DNA of 39,037 nucleotides from a virus. This document shows, one piece after another, positions 28,088 through 37,465 of the stretch. The stretch lies in the UHGV virus genome UHGV-2079062; one strand, given 5' to 3'. The notes under the pieces were generated by a model. The model had not been told where the DNA came from, did not search any database, and worked only from the letters and a program-made list of their open reading frames with translations. The position numbers and the translations under genes are program-made. How positions within the stretch are numbered: the stretch's first letter is position 1; each line of letters opens with the position of its first letter.

Positions 28088-28524
28088 GCAGCCCGATCTC
28101 CCCATCTCGCTTTCCACTCCAGAGCCAGTCTCGCTTCGTCTGACCACTTAACGCCACGCTCTGTACCGAATGCCTGTATAAGCTCTAATAGCTCCGCAAA
28201 TTCGCCTACACGCATCCTGCTGGTTGACTGGCCTATTACCACAAAGCCATTCCCGGCAAGGTTAGGAACAACATCCTGCTGCTTTAATGCTGCGGTAAAC
28301 ACACACTTCCAGCTTTCTGCATCCAGCCAGCGACCATGCCATTCAACCTGACGAGAGACGTCACCTAAGCAGGCCCATAGCTTCCTGTTTTGGTCTAAGC
28401 TGCGGTTGCGTTCCTGAATGGTTACTACGATTGGTTTGGTTGGGTCTGGAAGGATTTGCTGTACTGCGTGAATAGCGTTTTGCTGATGTGCTGGAGATCG
28501 AATTTCAAAGGTTAGTTTTTTCAT
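28084..28524 (-). CDS. ninB: NinB (Orf-family recombination mediator)
   Basis: 146-aa ORF MKKLTFEIRSPAHQQNAIHAVQQILPDPTKPIVVTIQERNRSLDQNRKLWACLGDV..., matching recalled lambda NinB. Confidence 0.9.
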   Translation of the reverse strand: MKKLTFEIRSPAHQQNAIHAVQQILPDPTKPIVVTIQERNRSLDQNRKLWACLGDVSRQVEWHGRWLDAESWKCVFTAALKQQDVVPNLAGNGFVVIGQSTSRMRVGEFAELLELIQAFGTERGVKWSDEARLALEWKARWGDRAA

Positions 28525-28597
28525 GACTTCCCTCTCCCCCAAATAAAAAGGCCTGCGATTACCAGCAGGCCTGTTATTAGCTCAGTAATGTAGATGG

Positions 28598-28888
28598 TCA
28601 TCTTTTAACTCCATATACCGCCAATACCCGTTTCATCGCGGCACTCTGGCGACACTCCTTAAAAATCAGGTTCGTGCTCATCTTTCCTTCCCGTTCTTCC
28701 TTGGTAGCAAACCGGTAATACACCGTTCGCCAGACCTTACCTTCGATAACCAGAAGACCTGCCCGTGCCATTTTAGCCGCGGCCTGATTTATGCTGGTTA
28801 CTGTTGCGCCTGTTAGCGCGGCAACGTCCGGCGCACAGAAGCTATTATGCGTCCCCAGGTAATGAATAATTGCCTCTTTGCCCGTCAT
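28598..28888 (-). CDS. ren: Ren protein
   Basis: 96-aa ORF MTGKEAIIHYLGTHNSFCAPDVAALTG..., matching recalled lambda Ren; immediately downstream of P. Confidence 0.85.
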   Translation of the reverse strand: MTGKEAIIHYLGTHNSFCAPDVAALTGATVTSINQAAAKMARAGLLVIEGKVWRTVYYRFATKEEREGKMSTNLIFKECRQSAAMKRVLAVYGVKR

Positions 28889-29586
28889 ACACTTGCTCCT
28901 TTCAGTCCGAACTTAGCTTTGAGTTCTGCGATCTTCGCCAGAGCCTGTGCACGATTTAGAGGTCTACCGCCCATGACAGGAAGTTGTTTTACTGGTTCAG
29001 GGATCGCCTCACCACGGTTAATTCTCGCAGTCATATGGACAAGCTCATCTGCGGCCTTACGGCGTAATTCCGCATCAGTAAGCGCATTGGCCCGCATGTT
29101 CTGATACAGGTTGGTAACCAGCCAGTAGTGCGCGTTTGATTTCCACGGATAAGACTCCGCATCCGGATACAGGCCTCGCTTCCGGCAATACTCGTAAACC
29201 ATATCAACCAGCTCGCTGACGTTTGGCAGCCCGGCGTTAACGGATGCTTCTTCCCGGCACCAGGCGACAAACTGCCCGGGTGATGGCAGGAATGGTCGAT
29301 TCTGCCGACGGGCTACGCGCATTCCTGCGTTAACCTGTTCCATTGTGGTGATCCCGTTTTCCCGGAAAGCCAGAACCCACTGGCGGCGGATTTCGTTCAG
29401 TTCATTCTGGTCACGGTTAGCCAGGCTCGCCGGGAAAGTTGCCAGTAACTGGCTGAACACACCGTTGATGATCTGCGCTACCTGCTGTACCTGCGGCTTT
29501 TCGTCGTACTGTTCCGGCATGTTGTTGGCGATCCGACGCATCTGCTCACGGTCAAAGTTAACCATCTGTGCGGCGATGTTTTTCAT
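28885..29586 (-). CDS. P: replication protein P (DnaB helicase loader)
   Basis: 233-aa ORF matching recalled lambda P; follows O with overlap. Confidence 0.9.
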   Translation of the reverse strand: MKNIAAQMVNFDREQMRRIANNMPEQYDEKPQVQQVAQIINGVFSQLLATFPASLANRDQNELNEIRRQWVLAFRENGITTMEQVNAGMRVARRQNRPFLPSPGQFVAWCREEASVNAGLPNVSELVDMVYEYCRKRGLYPDAESYPWKSNAHYWLVTNLYQNMRANALTDAELRRKAADELVHMTARINRGEAIPEPVKQLPVMGGRPLNRAQALAKIAELKAKFGLKGASV

Positions 29587-30482
29587 AAATCCACCCCGTA
29601 AATCCAGTCAGTGTTTGTCAGGTCGAGTTTTGGTTTTCTGGCTGTCACGCCAGCCTGTTGCTTGTTACGGTTGATTTCGAGCTGGGTCCACTTGTCGCGG
29701 AGTTTAGCCGGACTCAGCACGTTACCGGACCAGAAGTTGTCCTGGCATGCCCAGCGGAACAGTACACACATGTCGCGGTGGTTACGTCCGTCACGTTCAC
29801 GCATCAGGCGGATATCGTTAGCCCACCCAGCAAAATTCGGTTTTCTGGCTGATGGTGCGATAGTCTTCACCATGTCAAACATCCACTCTGCGGCGGTCAG
29901 GTCTTCTGCTGTCCCCCACTTGCTGCCGCTCTGAATTGCAGCATCCGGTTTAACCACAGAAAGATCGTTTTCTGGCTGGTCAGAGGATTCGCCAGAATTC
30001 TCGGACGAATAATCTTTTCTTTTTTCTTTTGTAATAGTGTCTTTTGTGTCCCCCTGTTTTGAGGGATAGCAATCCCCCAATTTGAGGGATGTTTTATCCC
30101 TCGTTTTAGGGGATTTTCCCTCGTTTTGAGGGATACACCATTCTGAGATGTTTTTATTTGGTCCAAACATGCCGCCTTGCTGCTTGATAATATTCATTCT
30201 GACGAGTTCTAACTTGGCTTCATTGCACCGTTTGACAGGTAACTTTGTAATCTCGCTAAGTTGAGAATCGGTGATTCTGTCCATTGGTTTATTCCACCCA
30301 TAGGTTTTACGCAGAATGGCAAGCAGCACTTTAAACTGTCGCTTGGTCAGATCTGCGCCTGAATAAGCCTCAAGCAGCATATTTGATAGTCTGGCGTAAC
30401 CATCATCGAGATCTGCCACATTACGCTCCTGTCCGGCAAAGTTACCTCTGCCGAAGTTGAGTATTTTTGCTGTATTTGTCAT
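29583..30482 (-). CDS. O: replication initiator protein O
   Basis: 299-aa ORF; contains the ori-lambda iterons within its coding sequence. Confidence 0.9.
   Translation of the reverse strand: MTNTAKILNFGRGNFAGQERNVADLDDGYARLSNMLLEAYSGADLTKRQFKVLLAILRKTYGWNKPMDRITDSQLSEITKLPVKRCNEAKLELVRMNIIKQQGGMFGPNKNISEWCIPQNEGKSPKTRDKTSLKLGDCYPSKQGDTKDTITKEKRKDYSSENSGESSDQPENDLSVVKPDAAIQSGSKWGTAEDLTAAEWMFDMVKTIAPSARKPNFAGWANDIRLMRERDGRNHRDMCVLFRWACQDNFWSGNVLSPAKLRDKWTQLEINRNKQQAGVTARKPKLDLTNTDWIYGVDL
30008..30134. repeat. lambda-type replication origin: four iterons (about 30050..30134) plus AT-rich region (about 30008..30049)
   Basis: Four tandem CCCTC-N-GAGGGA-type repeats (e.g. tccctcgttttgagggat) and adjacent AT-rich tract inside the O gene, as in ori-lambda. 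Confidence 0.85.
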
Positions 30483-30514
30483 AATGACTCCTGTTGATAG
30501 ATCCAGTAATGACC

Positions 30515-30814
30515 TCAGAATTCCATCTGGATTTGATTAGAACGCTCGGTCTTGCACACCGGGCGTTTTTTATTGGTGATTTCATCAAGCGCATACTTAA
30601 AAGCTCTGCTAATCGGACTGATGTCTGATGCCATGCCAAAAGCACACAAGACCGAAGCTATAAACCTCCAGTCTGTTCTGCTTATCTTCGATTCATGACA
30701 GCCAATCATCTTTGCCAGACCGCGCTGAGTAAGCGTTGACAGGTTGATAAGTAAATCTGTTTCTGCGCGATCAACGTCGCGCTGTGATAGTTTGCTGTAA
30801 TTTGTTTGTTCCAT
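30515..30814 (-). CDS. cII: CII-like transcriptional activator
   Basis: 99-aa ORF with HTH and C-terminus ...TNKKRPVCKTERSNQIQMEF resembling lambda CII; between cro and O. Confidence 0.8.
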   Translation of the reverse strand: MEQTNYSKLSQRDVDRAETDLLINLSTLTQRGLAKMIGCHESKISRTDWRFIASVLCAFGMASDISPISRAFKYALDEITNKKRPVCKTERSNQIQMEF

Positions 30815-30920
30815 TTCTTACTATTTCCATAGGTAAATAATCACTAATACGCATCTTTCGATGAGTTCTTAATTAGTTACCGCGTTGTCGGCGGTGCAGA
30901 TTGATAAAGAGCGGTGTTAC

Positions 30921-31148
30921 TTATGCTGCCAGAAGGTTCTTTTTGCTTATTTCAAGCATTTCGCTTGCTTGATATTTGCCACCAGAAATCTCTTCGATTT
31001 TTGATGCGTATTTCGTTTTCCCAAAAAACTCAGTCTTAGGGAGGAAGCCGTTTTTGAGCCACTTATAGACAGCCCTTTCGCTAACTCCACAAGCCTTCGC
31101 AACTTCAGGGATGCCGACACCTTTAATCGGCTCATCAAGATTTTGCAT
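30921..31148 (-). CDS. cro: Cro-like repressor (HTH)
   Basis: 75-aa ORF from ATG 31148 with AAGGA ribosome-binding site; HTH motif GIPEVAKACGVSERAVYKWLKNG; divergent from cI. Confidence 0.7.
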   Translation of the reverse strand: MQNLDEPIKGVGIPEVAKACGVSERAVYKWLKNGFLPKTEFFGKTKYASKIEEISGGKYQASEMLEISKKNLLAA

Positions 31149-31226
31149 AGGAATGTCCTTTTTCGTACTTTCAGTACGCATTATGGTTGAACTGAAAGTT
31201 TTTGCAAGTGCTTTAGTATCGTACTC
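31149..31226. promoter_or_regulatory. cI-cro divergent operator/promoter region (OR with PR and PRM)
   Basis: 78-bp divergent intergenic region containing palindrome CGTACTTTCAGTACG (31164..31178), its inverted core ACTGAAAGT (31191..31199) and AGTATCGTACT; cI has no Shine-Dalgarno, consistent with a leaderless PRM transcript. Confidence 0.5.
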
Positions 31227-31934
31227 ATGGTTCAGAATGAAAAAGTGCGCAAAGAATTCGCCCAGCGGCTAGCGCAAGCCTGTAAAGAAGCTGGTCTTGA
31301 TGAACATGGTAGGGGAATGGCCATAGCCCGTGCCCTTTCTCTTTCGTCCAAAGGCGTTAGCAAATGGTTTAATGCTGAGTCTTTACCACGCCAGGAAAAA
31401 ATGAATGCGCTTGCGAAATTTCTAAACGTTGATGTTATTTGGCTTCAGCACGGCACTTCGTTAAATGGAGCGAATGATGAAGATACTTTTTCAATTGTTG
31501 GCAAATTAAAAAAAGGGTTAGTGCGCGTGGTTGGTGAGGCAATTCTTGGTGTTGATGGTGCCATCGAGATGACCGAAGAGCGCGATGGGTGGCTCAAGAT
31601 TTATAGCGATGATCCAGATGCCTTTGGTCTTCGTGTAAAAGGAGACAGCATGTGGCCCAGAATAAAATCAGGAGAATATGTACTCATTGAGCCTAACACC
31701 AAAGTATTCCCAGGTGATGAGGTGTTTGTCAGAACCATTGAAGGGCACAACATGATCAAGGTTCTTGGCTATGACAGAGACGGAGAATACCAATTTACAA
31801 GCATCAACCAAGACCACAGGCCAATAACGTTGCCTTATCATCAAGTAGCAAAGGTGGAGTATGTAGCTGGTATTCTGAAGCAATCTCGCCACCTAGATGA
31901 CATCGAGGCCAGGGAATGGCTGAAAAGTTCATGA
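31227..31934 (+). CDS. cI: CI-type prophage repressor (HTH plus S24 LexA-like peptidase domain)
   Basis: 235-aa ORF with N-terminal HTH and C-terminal autocleavage domain (GDSMWP serine motif, conserved Lys region). Confidence 0.85.
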   Translation: MVQNEKVRKEFAQRLAQACKEAGLDEHGRGMAIARALSLSSKGVSKWFNAESLPRQEKMNALAKFLNVDVIWLQHGTSLNGANDEDTFSIVGKLKKGLVRVVGEAILGVDGAIEMTEERDGWLKIYSDDPDAFGLRVKGDSMWPRIKSGEYVLIEPNTKVFPGDEVFVRTIEGHNMIKVLGYDRDGEYQFTSINQDHRPITLPYHQVAKVEYVAGILKQSRHLDDIEAREWLKSS

Positions 31935-32063
31935 CTTCATCATCACATAGCTAGTAACCAGTACGTTTGGATGGTGGTGAGAAACACACTGCAAGCAAAC
32001 AGAAACATGGATATTAAAATATTAGCTTAACACAGCAAATCGAAAGAAACAGCGAGGGCTCGG

Positions 32064-32963
32064 ATGTCCCAAGAATTATCTTTAACCTTTACCGAAAACA
32101 TATATTATTCAACTAAAGAACCTGTAAGCATCAAAGATGTGATTACCTCCCTTCAAGGGTGGGAGGCCATCGCAAAACAATCAGAAGGTGTTTTGCAGGA
32201 ACTGACAGGGGCTAATATCCTTGATATATCGGTGCATGTTGCGCGATTAGAAGCAGGAAGCCTTTATGAAGATATTGTTATTAAACTCCTCTTTGGTAGC
32301 CAAGAAGAAATGGACAAGTTTCTTGCTGGCGCTCATGCAAAGATCGGAAATGGGAAAATGAGAAACGCTCTCGTTGGTGCTGTTGTTATTGGTCTGGTTG
32401 GATATGGCTTAGTTCTAGCAACTAAGGCTATGGCTCCAAGCAACACCTCCCACTTTGAAGCAAATAACAATACAATCATCAATATTGGTGCCGGTGAGGC
32501 TAATATTTCACCTGACCGTCTTCAAGCAATCATAGAAAGCACGGTAACCAATAAGAAGACTCTTGCCAAAAGTTCCATTAAGACGCTTGCCCCAGCTAGG
32601 GCAGACGAAGGATCTACGATGGTCATAGGTACAGGGGGTGGTACAGTGACCATTCCCGCTGAAACCATTAAAAAAGCCCCAACTGAAGTTGTCTTCACAC
32701 CAGAGTCATATACTCAGGATCATTTTGATGTTGATGTTGAAATCCGTGCATTAGACCTCGACAATCCAGAGAAAGGTTGGGCTGCTGTTATCCCTGGATT
32801 AATAGATCGAAGAGTAAATATGGTTCTTGGCCCCAACGTAAACCCATCAGATTTTGCAGGTAAATTTGCTGTACGTGCTGATATAACAATAACGTACCAG
32901 CTCAAATCATCAGATAAAAAATACCAACCGAAAGAAGTCTTTATAAAAGAAATAATCAAATAA
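32064..32963 (+). CDS. hypothetical 299-aa single-pass membrane protein in the cI-N (rex) slot; candidate lysogen-expressed exclusion/defence gene
   Basis: AT-rich ORF with GAGGG ribosome-binding site; central hydrophobic helix (MRNALVGAVVIGLVGYGLVLATKAMA); followed by a terminator; no resemblance to recalled RexA/RexB. Confidence 0.6.
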   Translation: MSQELSLTFTENIYYSTKEPVSIKDVITSLQGWEAIAKQSEGVLQELTGANILDISVHVARLEAGSLYEDIVIKLLFGSQEEMDKFLAGAHAKIGNGKMRNALVGAVVIGLVGYGLVLATKAMAPSNTSHFEANNNTIINIGAGEANISPDRLQAIIESTVTNKKTLAKSSIKTLAPARADEGSTMVIGTGGGTVTIPAETIKKAPTEVVFTPESYTQDHFDVDVEIRALDLDNPEKGWAAVIPGLIDRRVNMVLGPNVNPSDFAGKFAVRADITITYQLKSSDKKYQPKEVFIKEIIK

Positions 32964-32969
32964 TTATAC

Positions 32970-32995
32970 CCGGCCTCAGCGCCGGTTTTTCTTTT
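32970..32995 (+). terminator. rho-independent terminator after the 299-aa gene
   Basis: CCGGC-ctcagc-GCCGG stem followed by TTTTTCTTTT. Confidence 0.5.
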
Positions 32996-33253
32996 CCTCA
33001 CGATCGTCTACCTTATTTAACATCCGCACATGTGCTAACCCACGAACTAACACGCCAGCAAACAATTCTTTCTCTCCTACTGACCAATCTTCAATCTTTA
33101 CAAAAATAAACTCCTTTACATATCAAAAACATATCCCATTAAGTTAATGAACCACAAACAATTCGTACTTATAGTTCTTGATAATATCGAACTATTGGTT
33201 CATTATCATCACCATCAGCAGGACGCTGGCAGCCAAACGGAACAGATTGGCAG

Positions 33254-33287
33254 GCTCTTTAACTTCGATGATGCGCTGACAAAGCGC
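33254..33287 (+). promoter_or_regulatory. nutL site: boxA-like GCTCTTTAA and boxB hairpin GCGCTGACAAAGCGC
   Basis: boxA-like at 33254..33262 and 5-bp stem/GACAA loop hairpin at 33273..33287 (P22-type boxB), about 120 nt upstream of N. Confidence 0.6.
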
Positions 33288-33405
33288 GAACAGATACCAA
33301 ACGAGATGGGTTTGGGGTGATGTGAATTGCAGCAGTAACGACAGCAACCAGAAGATCAGCATCTGGCGCATCACCACCAAAGCCATTTCACATGAGGAAA
33401 ACATC

Positions 33406-33714
33406 ATGACGGTAATCGTGTACGGAAAATCAACATTTGCAGGAAATGCCAAAACTCGCCGTCATGAGCGGCGCAGAAAGCTGGCCATCGAGCGTGATTC
33501 CATCTGCAACATCATCGATTCGATCTTCGGCACAGACAGTGAGGAACCTGTTCAGGAAGACCCGAGAAAGCGGTTAAGCCTTTCTGAAAAAGCAATATCA
33601 CTCGGAAGCCTTCGCTGCAAGAAAGTAGATGAATGCAGTGGAAGTGTTTGCCTGCCAAACGTAGCTATTTACGCGGCAGGCTACCGGAAATCAAAACAAC
33701 TGACGGCGAGATGA
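33406..33714 (+). CDS. N: N-type transcription antiterminator (P22 gp24-like arginine-rich motif)
   Basis: 102-aa ORF MTVIVYGKSTFAGNAKTRRHERRRKLAIER... with GAGGA ribosome-binding site; arginine-rich boxB-binding peptide at N-terminus. Confidence 0.8.
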   Translation: MTVIVYGKSTFAGNAKTRRHERRRKLAIERDSICNIIDSIFGTDSEEPVQEDPRKRLSLSEKAISLGSLRCKKVDECSGSVCLPNVAIYAAGYRKSKQLTAR

Positions 33715-33730
33715 TAAATTCATTTGCTAA

Positions 33731-34312
33731 TTACTTGTTTTTGCCATGCTTATCCTGAGCGATAAGTTCATCCATAAGGCTGTCTGCCTTCCCGGCAAAC
33801 CGAATGTAGCACTCATGTCTATAGCTTTCAGGAATAACAAAACGGTCGGTATCAGGATATCCAACAGCAGGAGGCCTTCGAACGAGGAGTCCTTTTTTGA
33901 GCAATGAAATTGATTCATGAGCTCCCTTTTCCGTTTGTAGCTGGTTATTAGCGGCTACAGCGAATGCCAAATACGCTCTTTCTCCAAGAGTTAATGAATC
34001 AAACAAATCTTGCACATATTTTTCTTCTTTAGATTTTCGCTTCTGAGCAGCGGATACCTCAATTCTTTCAGTCACAGCGTGATAAGCGGAATTAACAACG
34101 CCGTTAAGCACATAGCTAACGCAAAACAACAGGATGTAATACATCCAGTAATGAGGAAGGATTTCTGGATTATGCAGGTTTATCCATTCTTTTACGCTTA
34201 CCGGCATAACAATAATCAATATGATCAGGATGATTAGCATATGAATCAACTGTTTAAGTGTCATTCCTTGCAGGAAAAAATGCATTAGTTCCTGCCACCA
34301 TGAGTTGTTCAT
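33731..34312 (-). CDS. sieB: superinfection exclusion protein B (SieB-like), membrane protein
   Basis: 193-aa ORF with N-terminal TM helices, opposite strand between N and ral as in lambda/Rac. Confidence 0.65.
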   Translation of the reverse strand: MNNSWWQELMHFFLQGMTLKQLIHMLIILIILIIVMPVSVKEWINLHNPEILPHYWMYYILLFCVSYVLNGVVNSAYHAVTERIEVSAAQKRKSKEEKYVQDLFDSLTLGERAYLAFAVAANNQLQTEKGAHESISLLKKGLLVRRPPAVGYPDTDRFVIPESYRHECYIRFAGKADSLMDELIAQDKHGKNK

Positions 34313-34455
34313 CGGCGTTTCTCTTTTGCTCTCTGTAGGGGTGAATAGAGTTTATCCGATTTCTCGCTGTAGGGGTACATGAGAACCACCGAGCCTGATG
34401 TGGTTAAAAGACAGGCACAATCTTTACTACCGCAATCCACTATTTAAGGTGATAT

Positions 34456-34542
34456 ATGGAAGAAGAATTTGAAGAGTTCGAAGAGCATCCTCAGGATGTG
34501 ATGGAACAATACCAGGACTATCCGTATGACTACGACTATTGA
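34456..34542 (+). CDS. small acidic protein (lambda orf28-like)
   Basis: 28-aa ORF MEEEFEEFEEHPQDVMEQYQDYPYDYDY with AAGGTG ribosome-binding site; overlaps ral start. Confidence 0.45.
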   Translation: MEEEFEEFEEHPQDVMEQYQDYPYDYDY

Positions 34543-34726
34543 TAAAAATCAATGGTGTGGACAATTCAAGCGATGTAATGGATGCAAGCTGCAATCGGAA
34601 TGCATGGTTAAGCCTGAAGAAATGTTTCCTGTAATGGAAGATGGGAAATATGTCGATAAATGGGCAATACGAACGACGGCAATGATTGCCAGAGAACTTG
34701 ACAAACAGAACAACAAAGCTGCCTGA
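34526..34726 (+). CDS. ral: restriction alleviation protein Ral
   Basis: 66-aa ORF MTTTIDKNQWCGQFKRCNGCKLQSEC... with Cys cluster; matches recalled lambda Ral. Confidence 0.8.
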   Translation: MTTTIDKNQWCGQFKRCNGCKLQSECMVKPEEMFPVMEDGKYVDKWAIRTTAMIARELDKQNNKAA

Positions 34727-34862
34727 TAGTGGCCTTTATTTTTGGCATAAATAACAGAATAAACACTGCACTGTGTATTCATTCCAACGAGTGAATACAC
34801 GGAGCAATGTCGCTCGTAACTAAACAGGAGCCGACTTGTTCTGATTATTGGAAATCTTCTTT

Positions 34863-34889
34863 GCCCTCCAATGTGAGGGCGATTTTTTA
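34863..34889 (+). terminator. rho-independent terminator (tL-like) between ral and ea10
   Basis: GCCCTC-caatgt-GAGGGC stem followed by GATTTTTT. Confidence 0.55.
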
Positions 34890-34908
34890 TCTGTGAGGAT
34901 ATGAACAG

Positions 34909-35277
34909 ATGTCAAACATCAAAAAATACATCATTGATTACGACTGGAAAGCATCAATAGAAATTGAAATCGACCATGACGTAATGACAGAGGAAAAACT
35001 TCACCAGATTAATAATTTCTGGTCAGACTCTGAATACCGACTCAATAAACACGGCTCTTTATTAAATGCTGTATTAATCATGCTGGCGCAACATGCTCTG
35101 CTTATAGCAATTTCGAAAGACTTAAATGCATATGGTGTTGTTTGTGAGTTCGACTGGGATGATGGAAATGGTCAGGAAGGATGGCCTCCAATGGATGGAG
35201 GTGAAGGAATAAGAATTACCGATATCGATACATCAGGAATATTTGATTCAGATGATATGACTATCAAGGCCGTCTGA
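34909..35277 (+). CDS. ea10: Ea10-like protein
   Basis: 122-aa acidic ORF with GAGGA ribosome-binding site; resembles recalled lambda Ea10. Confidence 0.7.
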   Translation: MSNIKKYIIDYDWKASIEIEIDHDVMTEEKLHQINNFWSDSEYRLNKHGSLLNAVLIMLAQHALLIAISKDLNAYGVVCEFDWDDGNGQEGWPPMDGGEGIRITDIDTSGIFDSDDMTIKAV

Positions 35278-35349
35278 GTGCGGTTTTACCGCATACCAAT
35301 AACGCTTCACTCGAGGCGTTTTTCGTTATGTATAAATAAGGAGCACACC

Positions 35350-35514
35350 ATGCAATATGCCATTGCAGGGTGGCCTGTTGCTGGCTGCCCTTCCGAATCT
35401 TTACTTGAACGAATCACCCGTAAATTACGTGACGGATGGAAACGCCTTATCGACATACTTAATCAGCCAGGAGTCCCAAAGAATGGATCAAACACTTATG
35501 GCTATCCAGACTAA
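35350..35514 (+). CDS. cIII: CIII (FtsH inhibitor, lysogeny regulator)
   Basis: 54-aa [57 protein letters not shown] with AAGGAG ribosome-binding site; matches recalled lambda CIII. Confidence 0.9.
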   Translation: MQYAIAGWPVAGCPSESLLERITRKLRDGWKRLIDILNQPGVPKNGSNTYGYPD

Positions 35515-35626
35515 ATTCACTATCGCCACTTTTATTGGCGATGAAAAGATGTTTCGTGAAGCCGTCGACGCTTATAAAAAATGGATATTAATGCTGAAAT
35601 TGAGATCAAGCAAAAGCATTCACTAA
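35483..35626 (+). CDS. kil: Kil (host cell-division inhibitor)
   Basis: 47-aa [50 protein letters not shown], matching recalled lambda Kil; overlaps cIII end. Confidence 0.85.
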   Translation: MDQTLMAIQTKFTIATFIGDEKMFREAVDAYKKWILMLKLRSSKSIH

Positions 35627-35997
35627 CCCCCTTTCCTGTTTTCCTAATCAGCCTGGCATTTCGCGGGCGATATTTTCACAGCTATTTCAGGAGTTCAGCC
35701 ATAAACGCTTATTACATTCAGGATCGTCTTGAGGCTCAGAGCTGGGCGCGTCACTACCAGCAGATCGCCCGTGAAGAGAAAGAGGCAGAACTGGCAGACG
35801 ACATGGAAAAAGGCCTGCCCCAGCACCTGTTTGAATCGCTATGCATCGATCATTTGCAACGCCACGGGGCCAGCAAAAAAGCCATTACCCGTGCGTTTGA
35901 TGACGATGTTGAGTTTCAGGAGCGCATGGCAGAACACATCCGGTACATGGTTGAAACCATTGCTCACCACCAGGTTGATATTGATTCAGAGGTATAA
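35581..35997 (+). CDS. gam: Gam (RecBCD inhibitor)
   Basis: 138-aa [27 protein letters not shown]..., matching recalled lambda Gam. Confidence 0.9.
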   Translation: MDINAEIEIKQKHSLTPFPVFLISLAFRGRYFHSYFRSSAINAYYIQDRLEAQSWARHYQQIAREEKEAELADDMEKGLPQHLFESLCIDHLQRHGASKKAITRAFDDDVEFQERMAEHIRYMVETIAHHQVDIDSEV

Positions 35998-36002
35998 AAC
36001 GG

Positions 36003-36788
36003 ATGAGTACAGCACTCGCAACGCTGGCTGGGAAGCTGGCTGAACGTGTCGGCATGGATTCTGTCGACCCACAGGAACTGATCACCACTCTTCGCCAGAC
36101 GGCATTTAAAGGTGATGCCAGCGATGCGCAGTTCATCGCATTGTTGATCGTCGCCAACCAGTACGGCCTTAATCCGTGGACGAAAGAAATTTACGCCTTC
36201 CCTGACAAGCAGAACGGCATCGTTCCGGTGGTGGGCGTTGATGGCTGGTCCCGTATCATCAATGAAAACCAGCAGTTTGATGGTATGGACTTTGAGCAGG
36301 ACAATGAATCCTGCACATGCCGGATTTACCGCAAGGACCGCAATCATCCGATCTGCGTTACCGAGTGGATGGATGAATGCCGCCGCGAACCATTCAAAAC
36401 CCGCGAAGGCAGAGAAATCACGGGGCCGTGGCAGTCGCATCCCAAACGGATGTTACGTCATAAAGCCATGATTCAGTGTGCCCGTCTGGCCTTCGGATTT
36501 GCTGGTATCTATGACAAGGATGAAGCCGAGCGCATTGTCGAAAATACCGCATACACTGCAGAACGTCAGCCGGAACGCGACATCACTCCGGTTAACGATG
36601 AAACCATGCAGGAGATTAACACTCTGCTGATTGCCCTGGATAAAACATGGGATGACGACTTATTGCCGCTCTGTTCCCAGATATTTCGCCGCGACATTCG
36701 CGCATCGTCAGAACTGACACAGGCCGAAGCAGTGAAAGCTCTCGGATTCCTGAAACAGAAAGCCACTGAGCAGAAGGTGGCAGCATGA
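36003..36788 (+). CDS. bet: Bet (Red beta single-strand annealing protein)
   Basis: 261-aa [29 protein letters not shown]..., matching recalled lambda Bet. Confidence 0.95.
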   Translation: MSTALATLAGKLAERVGMDSVDPQELITTLRQTAFKGDASDAQFIALLIVANQYGLNPWTKEIYAFPDKQNGIVPVVGVDGWSRIINENQQFDGMDFEQDNESCTCRIYRKDRNHPICVTEWMDECRREPFKTREGREITGPWQSHPKRMLRHKAMIQCARLAFGFAGIYDKDEAERIVENTAYTAERQPERDITPVNDETMQEINTLLIALDKTWDDDLLPLCSQIFRRDIRASSELTQAEAVKALGFLKQKATEQKVAA

Positions 36789-37465
36789 CACCGGACATTA
36801 TCCTGCAGCGTACCGGGATCGACGTGAGAGCTGTCGAACAGGGGGATGATGCATGGCACAAATTACGGCTCGGCGTCATCACCGCTTCAGAAGTTCACAA
36901 CGTGATAGCAAAGCCCCGCTCAGGAAAGAAGTGGCCTGACATGAAAATGTCCTACTTCCACACCCTGCTTGCCGAGGTTTGCACCGGTGTGGCTCCGGAA
37001 GTTAACGCTAAAGCACTGGCCTGGGGAAAACAGTACGAGAACGACGCCAGAGCCCTGTTTGAGTTTACTTCCGGCGTGAATGTTACTGAATCCCCGATCA
37101 TCTATCGCGACGAAAGTATGCGCACCGCCTGCTCTCCCGATGGTTTATGCAGTGACGGCAACGGCCTTGAGCTGAAATGCCCGTTTACCTCCCGGGATTT
37201 CATGAAGTTCCGGCTCGGTGGTTTCGAGGCCATAAAGTCGGCTTACATGGCCCAGGTGCAGTACAGCATGTGGGTGACACGAAAAGATGCCTGGTACTTT
37301 GCCAACTATGACCCACGAATGAAGCGTGAAGGCCTGCATTATGTCGTGGTTGAGCGGGATGAAAATTACATGGCGAGTTTTGACGAGATGGTGCCGGAGT
37401 TCATCGAAAAAATGGACGAGGCACTGGCTGAAATTGGTTTTGTATTTGGGGAACAATGGCGATGA
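36785..37465 (+). CDS. exo: lambda exonuclease (Red alpha)
   Basis: 226-aa [43 protein letters not shown]..., matching recalled lambda Exo; ATGA overlap with bet. Confidence 0.95.
   Translation: MTPDIILQRTGIDVRAVEQGDDAWHKLRLGVITASEVHNVIAKPRSGKKWPDMKMSYFHTLLAEVCTGVAPEVNAKALAWGKQYENDARALFEFTSGVNVTESPIIYRDESMRTACSPDGLCSDGNGLELKCPFTSRDFMKFRLGGFEAIKSAYMAQVQYSMWVTRKDAWYFANYDPRMKREGLHYVVVERDENYMASFDEMVPEFIEKMDEALAEIGFVFGEQWR

Noticed and set aside
30442-30645. 67-aa minus-strand ORF between O and cII
   Set aside because: Overlaps the 3' half of the cII-like gene in another frame; the 99-aa ORF with the CII-like C-terminus is the real gene.
33192-33452. 86-aa minus-strand ORF overlapping pL/nutL and the N start
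   Set aside because: Overlaps the regulatory region and the 5' end of N on the opposite strand; hydrophobic low-complexity translation of AT-rich DNA. Likely spurious.
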